Shown here: in pieces, positions 9,401 to 18,210 of the stretch
Layout of the letters: each line of letters opens with the position of its first letter
Position numbering within the stretch: the stretch's first letter is position 1
Origin: Catajapyx aquilonaris
Lineage: Eukaryota
Direction: 5' to 3'
NCBI GenBank assembly: GCA_000934665.2
Contig: JYFJ02001120.1
Coordinates: forward strand, 62,001-90,178
Length of the DNA stretch: 28,178 bases
Made by a program: the position numbers and the translations under genes
Notes under the pieces: model-generated
What the model was told of the DNA's origin: nothing
Seen by the model: the letters and a program-made list of their open reading frames with translations, nothing else
Database searches by the model: none

Positions 9401-11663
9401 ACAAGTTTCCAATGTATAGGACAATACTCAACTAGGAGAGAGCATCTACTATGCAGTAACATGCTTCCAAATTGGTGTCAATGAGCCTTAATTTAGTCAT
9501 GTAGTCAGTCATTTTGGTGTCCAGATAGTCGTAACACACATAGAGGATGGAAGTGGCAACGAAATGATTTCTGTCAGGTCGGATAGGCTTTGCGGGGCAT
9601 AACTTTGTGAATGTGACTATAGCTCTACTCGTGTTCCTTATGAAAGATCACTTCTTATCCCTTGCACATTGGCTCATCAGGGTATCAGTGTGAGACATAA
9701 AGTGGGACATGACCCTTTAGAACTGATCTAATCTCAGCCATGTGTAATCTAGTTGAGATACTGGTGAAAACATCCCTAATTCCATACATATCTAGCAAGT
9801 GGTTCCCAGAGTTAAGTTATGGCTGAAAGAAGGAGAAAGATGGTTGCAGCTTATCCCTAAAGGATTCTGAACATTATGAATATTGCACCTGTTGTGTCCT
9901 ACTCAACCTTTTTCTGCAACTGTAGCTCCCTTGTTCTGGCATGGCTCGACAGTCTGCAAAAATTTTCCAGCAGTATAGCAGCAGTTGGCTACTGGTCCCA
10001 ATCCTGACCGGTCTTTGGTGTGTAGGAGCCAGACTAGAAAGATCACCTTCGTTCCCTCCTCCTCCATCTTGCTCTCTTATTGCCTAATTGCATTGCATAA
10101 TTTATTGGAGTTGAATTGATATTACTTATCAACAGTGTTTAAGGCCCCTAGTCTGATGACCCCGGGTAAGCTATCCCGGGGGTAATCACCATGGCAGCAT
10201 ATGTAAAAGGATAGCAGTAAACAACCAGTTACCCCAGGGGGCAAGCTACCCCGGGTCACCAGACTATATACCTAAATGATGAAAATTGTCTTTTCAGAGT
10301 GACCAAAGTGATTGTTGGAGCCCTTTCAGTTGCTGTGATAGGCATAAATATTTACTTTGTGCTGCAATATGTGCAGACTGACTTGGCTGATTCTCATTGG
10401 GCAGTATATACAGCAATTGCATTATATGCTGTGTTTTACATGCTAATGTGCCTTTACCTGGCGTTACATGTCTTTGTGGCAATGGGGGCGACTTCGTTGC
10501 TACATAATAGGGTAAGTGTTTGATTTTTCCACCAACACTCATGTAAGATTTAAAAAAAAGTAATGGTATATGAATATGTAATTTCCACGTATCGTGAGTG
10601 CTGTTTAATCAGGATGTTAAGGGATGAAAAATGGGTCAACCGTGCATTTGGTGAAAAAAGCATGAAATTTGTTACAACTGTCCCTGAGACCATACTCGTC
10701 AAATTCAGATATGGCGCCAGGCCCATTTCTGCTCTGGAGGCCCATATAATTTATTGCGAGTTGGCTAGCTACCTTGAAGATAATGAAAAGTCTTTTTCTG
10801 AGCCAATTATGCTTCTCAGGCGGATATGTGTCAAACAATAGTCGTAGAGAAACATGTATTCTACAAAAAGTATAGGACCTTTTCCATGTACGGTCCGTAT
10901 TTTCGGAGCTACAGCGACTTGAAAAAGCCTTTTCACTTGCTGAAGGGTAGCCAACCCGCAATTACGGGCCTCCGGGGCGAAAACGGGTGTGGCGCCATAT
11001 CTGGATTTAAAGAGTAGGGTCTCAAGGACATTTGTATCCAATTTCATGCTTTTTTCACCAAGTGCAGGGGTAGCTCCGAAAATAGGACTCTACGTGGAAA
11101 AAGTACTCTATACTTTTTGTAGAATACATGTTTCTCTACAACCTTTGTTTGGCACATGTCCTCCTGAGAAGCATAGTTCGCTCATAAAAAGACTTTTCAC
11201 TTGCTTCGAGGTAGCTAACCCGCAATTACGGGCTGCCGGGGCCAAAATGGGCGTGGCGCCATATCTGGATTTGAAGAGTAGGGCCTCAGGGACATTTGTA
11301 CCAAATTTCATGCTTTTTTCATCAAATGCACAGTTTTGTCCCATAACGTCCTGACTAGTTGGAAAAGCAGGTGATTTGAGCCCTGTAGAAACTTACAGCT
11401 CCTAATTAATTATTCTTCAGTGGTTCCTGTGAACTTGCTTGTACTGCTCTATACACGTATAATTTGATGCAAATAGTACTGGTATTAAATTAGGTATTAA
11501 ATTAAAGACTTTTTACATATGGAAGTGCTGGGGTTCTGGGCTCAAGAAAGTTGTTTATGACAGGCATGATTTTGTTCCTTTTTCATTTCAGTTCTTGTCA
11601 CGCATCATAACTCCACTTGAAAGCAGTTTGGATGTTTTGAATGTCCAAGGAAGTAATGGGTGA
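498..11663 (+). CDS. Mvl: NRAMP/SLC11 family divalent metal (Fe2+/Mn2+) transporter, Malvolio/DMT1-like; 9 coding exons, ~580 aa
   Basis: Exons 498-519, 585-784, 4987-5336, 6688-6982, 7802-8008, 8573-8731, 9050-9273, 10298-10511, 11592-11663. All introns are GT-AG and phases are consistent (1743 nt). NRAMP signatures: [31 protein letters not shown] (TM1 DPGN), [13 protein letters not shown] (TM6 metal-binding Met/His), and [18 protein letters not shown] (consensus transport motif). The first and last exons are less certain than the core. Confidence 0.96.
1265..1981. mobile_element. Mariner-derived fold-back MITE with ~250-bp imperfect inverted arms
   Basis: TA at 1263-64 and 1982-83. Ends CAAGCCCAGTCGAAAAATAAGTTTC / GAAACTTATTTTCCGACTGGCCTCT. 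The arms match to about 1515 and 1722. The centre holds a decayed transposase N-terminus on the - strand ([12 protein letters not shown]...[13 protein letters not shown]). Confidence 0.85.
2563..3139. mobile_element. Tc1/mariner (CAGGGTG-end) fold-back element with ~160-bp inverted arms and an N-terminal transposase HTH remnant
   Basis: TA|CAGGGTGGGCGAAAAGTCC ... GGACTTTTCGCCCACCCTG|TA. Internal ORF 2954-2730 (-), [20 protein letters not shown]...[13 protein letters not shown], resembles DUF4817-type Tc3-like transposase N-termini. Confidence 0.88.
3415..3648. mobile_element. Small TIR element (MITE) with internal TTTGCACTCCA/TGGAGTGCAAA repeats
   Basis: Ends CAGGGGTCGA / TTGACCCCTG; flanking direct repeat GTACAT (3409-3414, 3649-3654); several internal palindromic copies of TGCACTC. 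Confidence 0.75.
3784..4230. mobile_element. Tc1/mariner-type MITE with ~155-bp inverted arms and a GC-rich multi-hairpin centre
   Basis: TA|CAGGGTGATTCTCTCGAATGGAAACCC ... GGGTTTCCATTCGAGAGAATCATCCTT|TA; arms 3784-3940 and 4075-4230. Confidence 0.88.
5537..5679. mobile_element. Short palindromic Tc1-like MITE
   Basis: TA|CAGTGCGGAAAACGAAACGACGATCTGACGTCAT ... ATGATGTCAGTTTGTCGTTTCGTTTTCCACACAG|TA; an inner inverted match continues (5583-5600 vs 5622-5641). Confidence 0.7.
5680..6174. repeat. Unclassified CpG-rich probable transposon remnant in NRAMP intron 3
   Basis: CpG-rich relative to the surrounding intron. 14-bp direct repeat AGGGCACCTAGTTC (5837-5850, 6056-6069). Ends in ...GTGAATACCCTG, a TIR-like end whose partner was not found. 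Confidence 0.35.
8063..8391. mobile_element. Tigger/pogo-type MITE resembling mammalian MER2/Tigger3
   Basis: TIRs CAGTGGGTCCTCTGTATTC / GATACAGAGACCCCACTG. Internal blocks TGGTTCCAGGAC, AAGTCCCTGATATAAAATGGC, TACTTTAAATC, CAAGTTTTG and AATATTTTCGA match my recollection of the MER2/Tigger3 consensus (not verified by search). Confidence 0.78.
10143..10272. mobile_element. PIF/Harbinger (Tourist-like) palindromic MITE
   Basis: TAA at 10140-42 and 10273-75; inverted arms TAGTCTGATGACCCCGGGTAAGCT... / ...AGCTACCCCGGGTCACCAGACTA. Confidence 0.65.
10606..11357. mobile_element. Academ-like non-autonomous fold-back element with ~300-bp arms and an extra internal copy of the terminal segment
   Basis: Termini TA(A/G)TCAGGA...TCCTGACTA; 3-bp TSD GTT (10603-05, 11358-60). 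Arms ~10606-10911 and ~11070-11357. The centre ~10925-11066 is a direct repeat of ~11190-11330. The superfamily call rests on TAG ends and the 3-bp TSD. Confidence 0.8.
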
Positions 11664-11840
11664 GGCTTTTTTCTTTTACTAGTATTCTACCAGTATTTAT
11701 GTTTTGTATTATTGTATGTAATTGTAATTCTTCGAAGTTGTGAGACATACCTCCTTCCTTGCCCCCTTGGTGTCAAGTCAAGAAAGACCTGTGAATGTTG
11801 TGAGAGAAACCCATGCCTTAAATTTTTCTTCCTCTAACAG

Positions 11841-11958
11841 TCAGTTAGGTTCCAATCTAATTTCTCACCCTGACAGGAAAGGCATCGATGCCAAAGAAAG
11901 CTTAAGGGAAATAGCAGCAAGGATATCGGGGCCTTTAGAAGCTGACCTGATATCATGA
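11841..11958 (+). CDS. Candidate alternative terminal exon of the NRAMP gene (QLGSNLISHPDRKGIDAKESLREIAARISGPLEADLIS*)
   Basis: A donor TGG|GTGAGG at 11659/11660 overlaps the exon-9 stop codon. There is a good acceptor AATTTTTCTTCCTCTAACAG| at 11840. The phase-2 join is in frame with ORF 11740-11958. Confidence 0.45.
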
Positions 11959-12227
11959 TAAAAGAAAAATCCGGTTACTATTTTTTGTATTTAGGTCCTT
12001 GAGCCCGTCCTCTGACTTCACTAGGAGTTTGCCCAACGTCGTTTCGGAGGGGAGTTTCTGACCAAGGCTGCTGACCGGAACAAAGCAATATTGTACAGAT
12101 TCTGGATGTAAGAACTTTTACTAAAAATAACTTCTCTATAATATAGGTTGTTACAAAATGACTGAGTTGGTACTATTTTGATGGTTGTAAGAGAAAATGC
12201 AGTTTTATATATGGACAAGTAAAGATC

Positions 12228-15200
12228 TTAAACCTGGTTGTAGAGTTGATTTAAAGTCCCCTGAAGTTCTATTGAGCACTGGGTGTCTCCACACTCTTGG
12301 ATGATGTCATCAGGGATAAGTGGCTGCATTATGGATATGAACTGGTTTAGGGGACACTTTTCAGTGCAGTTGTGAATGCTAACCAAGTGTGGTGGACCCC
12401 TAGTGTCATTGCGAAGGTGGATCTGAAATAAGATTTGAAATGTGAAAATTGAGAAGGACTCGTTTTCAGGTATGAGAACAGCCTTACCTCTACGTGATAC
12501 TGTCCCATTTCCTTGTGCAGCTCGGCCATGATTGTAAAAGAGAAACCAATGAGATAGTCGTGATACAGCCCTGTTGCTATCAGAAATGCAGCGAGGGTGT
12601 TGTCATGACCCATGTACAAATTCAGCTTTCGTGTCCCAAACTGTCCATCCCTTTTCAAACTAAACATTTTCACCATCTCTCCTATCATTGGCCCTGCTCT
12701 CAAGCGTTGCATCTCTTCAGTGTGGAAAGGTTGCAAGTAGTACTGCTTCATGAGACCCTCCATTGTTTCTGGGTACACTGAGTCAGACCATTTTGGCAGT
12801 TTTAAGTTGTGGAGCTCTCCAACATAGAGCGTATCATAGATTGCACCGTAATCCTCGACTTCTTTTATCTTCATACCAGTGTGGGTTTCCAGGTATTCCT
12901 TTATTTCAGCTGTTTTGTTCTCAAACTCAAGGATATCTGGGTGTGACTTGAGTTCTTCAAGCAGCTCTGTATAGCGGGGGCAGTAAGATTCCATAATGAG
13001 GAGCTAGATGGGAGAAAGACGCAGTTTGTAGCTGTGTTTAAATTTATGCTTGTGAAGGTAGTTGGTGCAGTCACATGTTATGCCATTGTACTAAAGGGTT
13101 AGGCTAGCAAGCAAGGATTTTCCATGTTACTCTTATGTGAAAGGATTACAGTGCCCAATGATGCTGCATTTCTTACACTGATTAAGAAATTATTTCCTCC
13201 AGGATGGCAAGTAGATCTGTTCATACCTTGTCTGATACCTTGGGAAGTGTGTGTACAGGCAAGGCAATCCAGTTGGTGCCTTCTCTCTTCCACTGCTGAC
13301 TTGCATCGACTGGATAATAGAGTCCGGACAACAAGTACTGTGTGCTGATCAGATTACGATCCACATCTGTGCTCCTGGCCCATATCTCACCATTGATATA
13401 TTCGTCACTCAGGAGTTCTGCATACCAACCCCGTAGGAATTGACCCAATTCAAATTGGTCTCTGATTCCTTGTTGGGTTAGCTGTCCAAAACCTTCTTTC
13501 CAATGTGACTTGTGAGCATCTGTTGGAAAGGTGTCATAGGGAGTTCTCTGGCCATGGCGTAAGAGCTGGAAGTAATTTTTACATTAACATTCATGACATC
13601 TTTATAACATTAAATTCATCAACTTGGGAGCATTCTGATCAATGTTCTTGTACCCATGGCAGGCATTCCATGTGCTTACTTGTTAGTAGTTAGAAATGTG
13701 ATTATGCAGGAAACTTGGGCGGAATTTTTGTTGTACTACTAGTTACTGCTAACTAAGCAGTAGCACTGCACTACACTGGTACTGCTAAGTTAGAAGTAAC
13801 TAGTAGTATGACGAAAATTCCTCCCTTTCTTAGTTCGTTAATTTAGTAGAATTTTGCAGCACGCTAGAAAGTGACATTTCATTATCTTAAGCTGATTATG
13901 TTGAATTATTTCTGTTGAATCACATGATGAGATAAGGAATATGTGTAGTACTTTACCAGAAACTATTTTAGAATATACTTTTAAGTATTTTAAAACAATA
14001 TTGTTGAAGATATTTTGTATTGGAATTCTCCAAAATTAGGTAGCAATTAATGAAAATACGAAGGTAATTTACCTGCAGAGTGGTTGATTTTGCCAGTTAT
14101 ACAGGGTGTATCAAAAGTCTACCATAAGCCATGTACCAATGGCATAAGGGGCACCAGAGCATCATTTTATGTAGAGGGGTCATCATGTCTAGGCAGCCAC
14201 ATCACGTAGATAATTGACCTCAACCAACTAGTATAAAATATCCTGGCAGGTATGTAAACCTTCAGCTGCCATCGCGTCACAGGTGAAGGTCGCAGCTATT
14301 TTCTGGGGGGCTACTGCCACACTGCTGTTGGGGTAGTCATTAAGGGCTCTTAGAATGCAGTTCCCACCAGATGCACTGCTATTTTACAATCACGCTTAAG
14401 CGCAATCGCTACTACGCAAATGATCAATTATCTACGTGATGGTGATTGGTACGTGATTGGTACATGGCTTATGGTAGAGTTTTGATACACCCTGTATGAC
14501 AGGAGTTTGACAAATTATCTACCTGATGTAAATCAAAGACTAAAACTGCATATTATCCTGTTGCTTCTCAGCTTAGTCTCATTGTAACTAAATGCATCTC
14601 CTCCACTTGTTTAGCAAGGAAGAGATCACAGCATAACGTCGCTGGCAATCCAATACCTCGTATCTACGAAGAACCCAACTTTCCAGGAGAAGGAAATAAC
14701 TATTTCTTAAAGTACTAGCACACAACAGAAAATCCCTAATTTTTCCCCCAGCCTTACAGCTCTTAAGAATTACATTTCCTTGACTAAGCAGATGAACAGA
14801 TGGGGCTTGTATTGACTACTGCAAAACCATGGAAAACTGGAAGTCGGCCAAAATGCGAGATATGAGGTATTGGATTGCCAGCGACGATAAGCAAATTTGA
14901 AGCACCATTGCTCCATTTTCCTGGACGTGCTGTAACCTGGCCTCTAACTCTCCTGCTTTTTCTTAACTGCTGGGTACAATTACATCACCGCTTATTATCA
15001 TGAATGAAATGTTACAGTGCTGCTCCACCTTTGCTTCATAATTAAGTAGATCACTTATGAAACTCCCCTTGCCATGTAACCTTATGGCAGATGTTCTACA
15101 TCCTCTGTAAGCATCAAGGTTGCCTCCATGCAGTAGCATTTTTCTGTGTAATTTTGCCTTTAGGTTATTCAACCGACCTAGTTCTGAACACTTAATTTGA

Positions 15201-15575
15201 GTTATCAAAGTGCTCCATTAATTACTTGTTAAATTATTATTTTTAATAATGAGAGAATATTGGCCCTTGACGTGAGGGGACAACTGTAAAGAACTGCACT
15301 TTTTTCATACATGTGATTATTATCAAGTAGGTCTACTTTAGATGATGCATGATGATGAATGATTAAATAATAATACAAACAATCCATGCAAACTGCAGTG
15401 TGTCAGTCTTGACCCTTGAGTGGTGTTGCTCTTCTTTGTTGGACAACTGCAGGTACACGCAGGTGAGCAACGCTGCTGCCAGTATGACTGCTACCACTGC
15501 AAGCACAAATGCGACCCAGACCTTGCGATGGCCACTCAATGATGTAATGCGACTCCAAAGCAAGTGGCAAGCCAT
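12228..15575 (-). CDS. Histidine acid phosphatase (His_Phos_2; prostatic/lysosomal/Acph-1-like), catalytically intact, ~414 aa, N-terminal signal anchor
   Basis: Exons 15575-15381, 13565-13227, 13003-12488, 12422-12228, all phase 0, GT-AG. Catalytic RHGQRTP (13559-13539), STDVDRN, YMGHDNTL (HD at 12607-12602), and C-terminal CTEKCPL...QECG. Hydrophobic segment VWVAFVLAVVAVILAAALLTCVYL near the N-terminus. Confidence 0.93.
13717..13825. repeat. Near-perfect 109-bp palindrome (MITE-like) in phosphatase intron 1
   Basis: GGGCGGAATTTTTGTTGTACTACTAGTTACTGCTAACTAAGCAGTAGCACTG vs reverse complement of CACTGGTACTGCTAAGTTAGAAGTAACTAGTAGTATGACGAAAATTCCTCCC; very short loop. Confidence 0.8.
14102..14494. 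mobile_element. Tc1/mariner-type MITE
   Basis: TA|CAGGGTGTATCAAAAGTCTACCATAAGCCATGTACCAAT ... ATTGGTACATGGCTTATGGTAGAGTTTTGATACACCCTG|TA, plus a subterminal inverted block CATCACGTAGATAATTGA. Confidence 0.85.
14636..14887. mobile_element. MITE with ~30-bp TIRs and TA flanks
   Basis: CGTCGCTGGCAATCCAATACCTCGTATCT ... AGATATGAGGTATTGGATTGCCAGCGACG; TA at 14634-35 and 14888-89. Confidence 0.75.
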
Positions 15576-16819
15576 ATTCTTGGAAAACAAAGATATTAAT
15601 ATATTCCATCATAATGTCATTGCAATAATTTACCTGGCAGTCAGCAGCAGATGCACCGGTGCCCAGTTGCTTGCAAGGCAGCTCCTACACGTCTGAGGGG
15701 CATGCTCGAAGAGGGAGAGCCAATAAGCTTCACAATAGGCTATAAAGCAGCCCTTTAGACTGGTTATTTCTGAGAGGTGTAGGGAGTGCATGGAATCTGT
15801 TGCTGTCTTGATACAAACAAAGGCATTCATCAAGAGTCTGTTTAATTGTTTTCTTGTAGGAAAGGATTTTTGTTGACATTTCCATCTGCTTCACTGGGAA
15901 TTATTGCTCCTGTATCATAACATAGGCCAACTTGTTCAGGAGGGGAATGACTCTGTGTGGAATAAATACAAACAGGGCCAATATTTTGCAAAGAAACAGT
16001 CATTATGCAATCGGGAGATTAATTCAGTGCAGTGTGGCGTTTTAGCATGCCATTGGATCAATTGAAAGAGTGATGAAGTTAGATTACTTTATTGGTTGGT
16101 TACGCCATGTCTATTCAGAGTATCACACCATGAAGTGGCAACACATGTCAAATCTGACAGCATGGATATATCCTGCTAATATAGCCAGTCTACTGGTATT
16201 TAACTCAGTAATGCTTGCTGCTAATACCCTGCAGGCTGGTACCTAGAAATGGTATGTTAAATGATTAAATAGAGACAAAATAGGTAGAGCATCTAATGAT
16301 AATGTTTTATTCTTGGTTTTAACTCTAATGTTGAATAATTCTTATTGAAGTCCTGAAAAATTACTGTAACATTTGCGTCACAACATAATTATAATACTAT
16401 TTGCCCCAGATTCACCACTGAAGTAATTCCTGCAGAAATATGCTGCATGCAATAATTTCATCCTTGAATAATCCTTTGGGGAATCCACAAAAAACCAATA
16501 AGGACAACTAGTGATAGGAATTTTGGTTGTTAATGATGCGATGATTTATTACTTCAAAACGTTTCTGGTGCTGATTTTTTTAAATCAACAAAAACAAGAA
16601 ACCTGCTGCTGCCTGCTGGTTCATATACCCAGCTGCACGTGTGAGGCTTTGATGGACAGAATTGGGTTCCAAAAGGGTGATTCTTTGCTAGTCAACGTTC
16701 CCTTGGCCTGCTTGATCTTCATGGGTCAAATAAAGGCCAGTAGGTGTCAGAAATGTCACCTGTTGGTCCATTGACATTTCTCACTCCTGTAATTTTTACT
16801 TCTTCTGGGCCTAAAAATA

Positions 16820-17050
16820 ATCTGCCGGATCGGATCGGATAATCGCCGAATCTGGTATTTTTAAGAAACGGCGTGTACTGTATCGTCATGACAGAGGTAT
16901 CGCAAATATCAAGGAACTACATAATGCATCAGGTTAGTATAGGTAGGCTAAAGTTCTTACCTGGAGATAAGCTTCCAACCGTATACGTCACAATCGATAT
17001 ACTGTATTAGTAACTGACAATGATTGCGACACATAACATACTGTGCAGCC
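16820..17050 (-). promoter_or_regulatory. Candidate promoter / non-coding first exon of the active phosphatase
   Basis: Local CpG-rich patch; strong - strand donor CTCCAG|GTAAGA at 16961/16960; near-DRE AATCGATA around 16992. A further UTR donor lies at 15634/15633 and an acceptor just before the ATG (15579). Confidence 0.35.
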
Positions 17051-17240
17051 ATGAAACGTTTTAAGTGCAGGAAGGCACTGATCATATAGAGCTCAGCATT
17101 ACACTGGTGTACAGTACAGTACATGCAGATGAAAATATGTAACTTACTCTTGATTTGACTTATTATATATAATAAGGAACAATAACGTGAGAATAGACAG
17201 ACAACCTACGGGCAGAAGATAAGTCCTTATTTCTAGAAAA

Positions 17241-17835
17241 CTGAAGCGTGGGTCTGGTCAGATAGGCATAAGAGTAGGGTGTTGGCTACAGAGATGCATT
17301 ATCTCCGGGTTGTTTGTGGGGTTACCAAGTTCGATAGGATTAGGAATTAGGAGATTTTGGAGAGGTGTAATGTTAAGGAGACTGTTAAAGATAAGGTGTG
17401 TAGGTCTACTCTAAGGTGGTTTGGCCATGTGGAGAGGATGAAGGAGGAGAAGATTGTGAAGAAGGTTTATTTGGGTGGAGTAGTTGGTAAGAGGGGCAAG
17501 GGGGGCAAGGGTAGGCCTAGGAAGACATGGTTGGACCAGGTGGGTCAGTGTCTTAAGGGTGTTGCTAGTGTTAAGCCGAGACGTTCATGTGTCAATAGGA
17601 CCATGGACGTGGCTGAGGCTAGGGTTGTTTGTTTGGATAGGTGTAAATGGCGTAGGTTAATTAATGGGTAAGTAGGTAAATATGTCTGAGGATAAGGTGA
17701 TGTCTGAGGTGGGCAGGGGTGGGGGTGGGGTGGGACAGGTTGTTTTTAGGTTTATTCTCATGAGTTTTATTAGTTCATATGTTGGGTTAGCTTGCGTCTC
17801 CCTTCATCGCTGACTACCCCTCCTAGGGAAATGGC
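17241..17835 (+). mobile_element. 5'-truncated RTE-clade LINE (C-terminus of ORF plus 3' UTR), inactivated
   Basis: Frame EAWVWSDRHKSRVLATEMHYLRVVCGVTKFDRIRN*EILERC...LRWFGHVERM...GRPRKTWLD...DRCKWR (ends 17671), with a premature TAG at 17348-50. The 3' end CTACCCCTCCTAGGGAAATGGC resembles insect RTE termini. Confidence 0.85.
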
Positions 17836-18210
17836 TATATTTCAAAGTTAGAATTTGCTAACAATTTGACAAAATAAATGTTTTATTTTCTCCAAGTCCA
17901 TACATTGTAACGTAAGTGATAATTTTATATCTCGCTCATAGCGATGACAATCACATTATTACGGTAATTCCGAGTGCATTTTACACTGTAAATATCATAT
18001 AGATTTTCAGACCTCGTCCTGCACATACTCAATCATTACACTGTAGTCACAACTCTTTAGCTGACCGAAGCACTGGGAAGGGGAAAGAAAAATATAGAAA
18101 GACAAATGCATCAGCCCCACATTTTATTTTGTGTGAAGATTATGCAGTGTACTAAATTAAAATTTATCATGCAGAGTTACGTATGTGATAAGTGATAACT
18201 TCCAGTAGCC

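Noticed and set aside
10563..11354. Several overlapping ORFs with repeated peptides ([14 protein letters not shown])
   Set aside because: Translation artefacts of the inverted and direct repeats of the Academ-like element.
15630..15833. ORF ending at a splice donor upstream of the active phosphatase
   Set aside because: Its phase does not join the phosphatase frame and the in-phase frame has a TAG; at most a 5' UTR exon or uORF.
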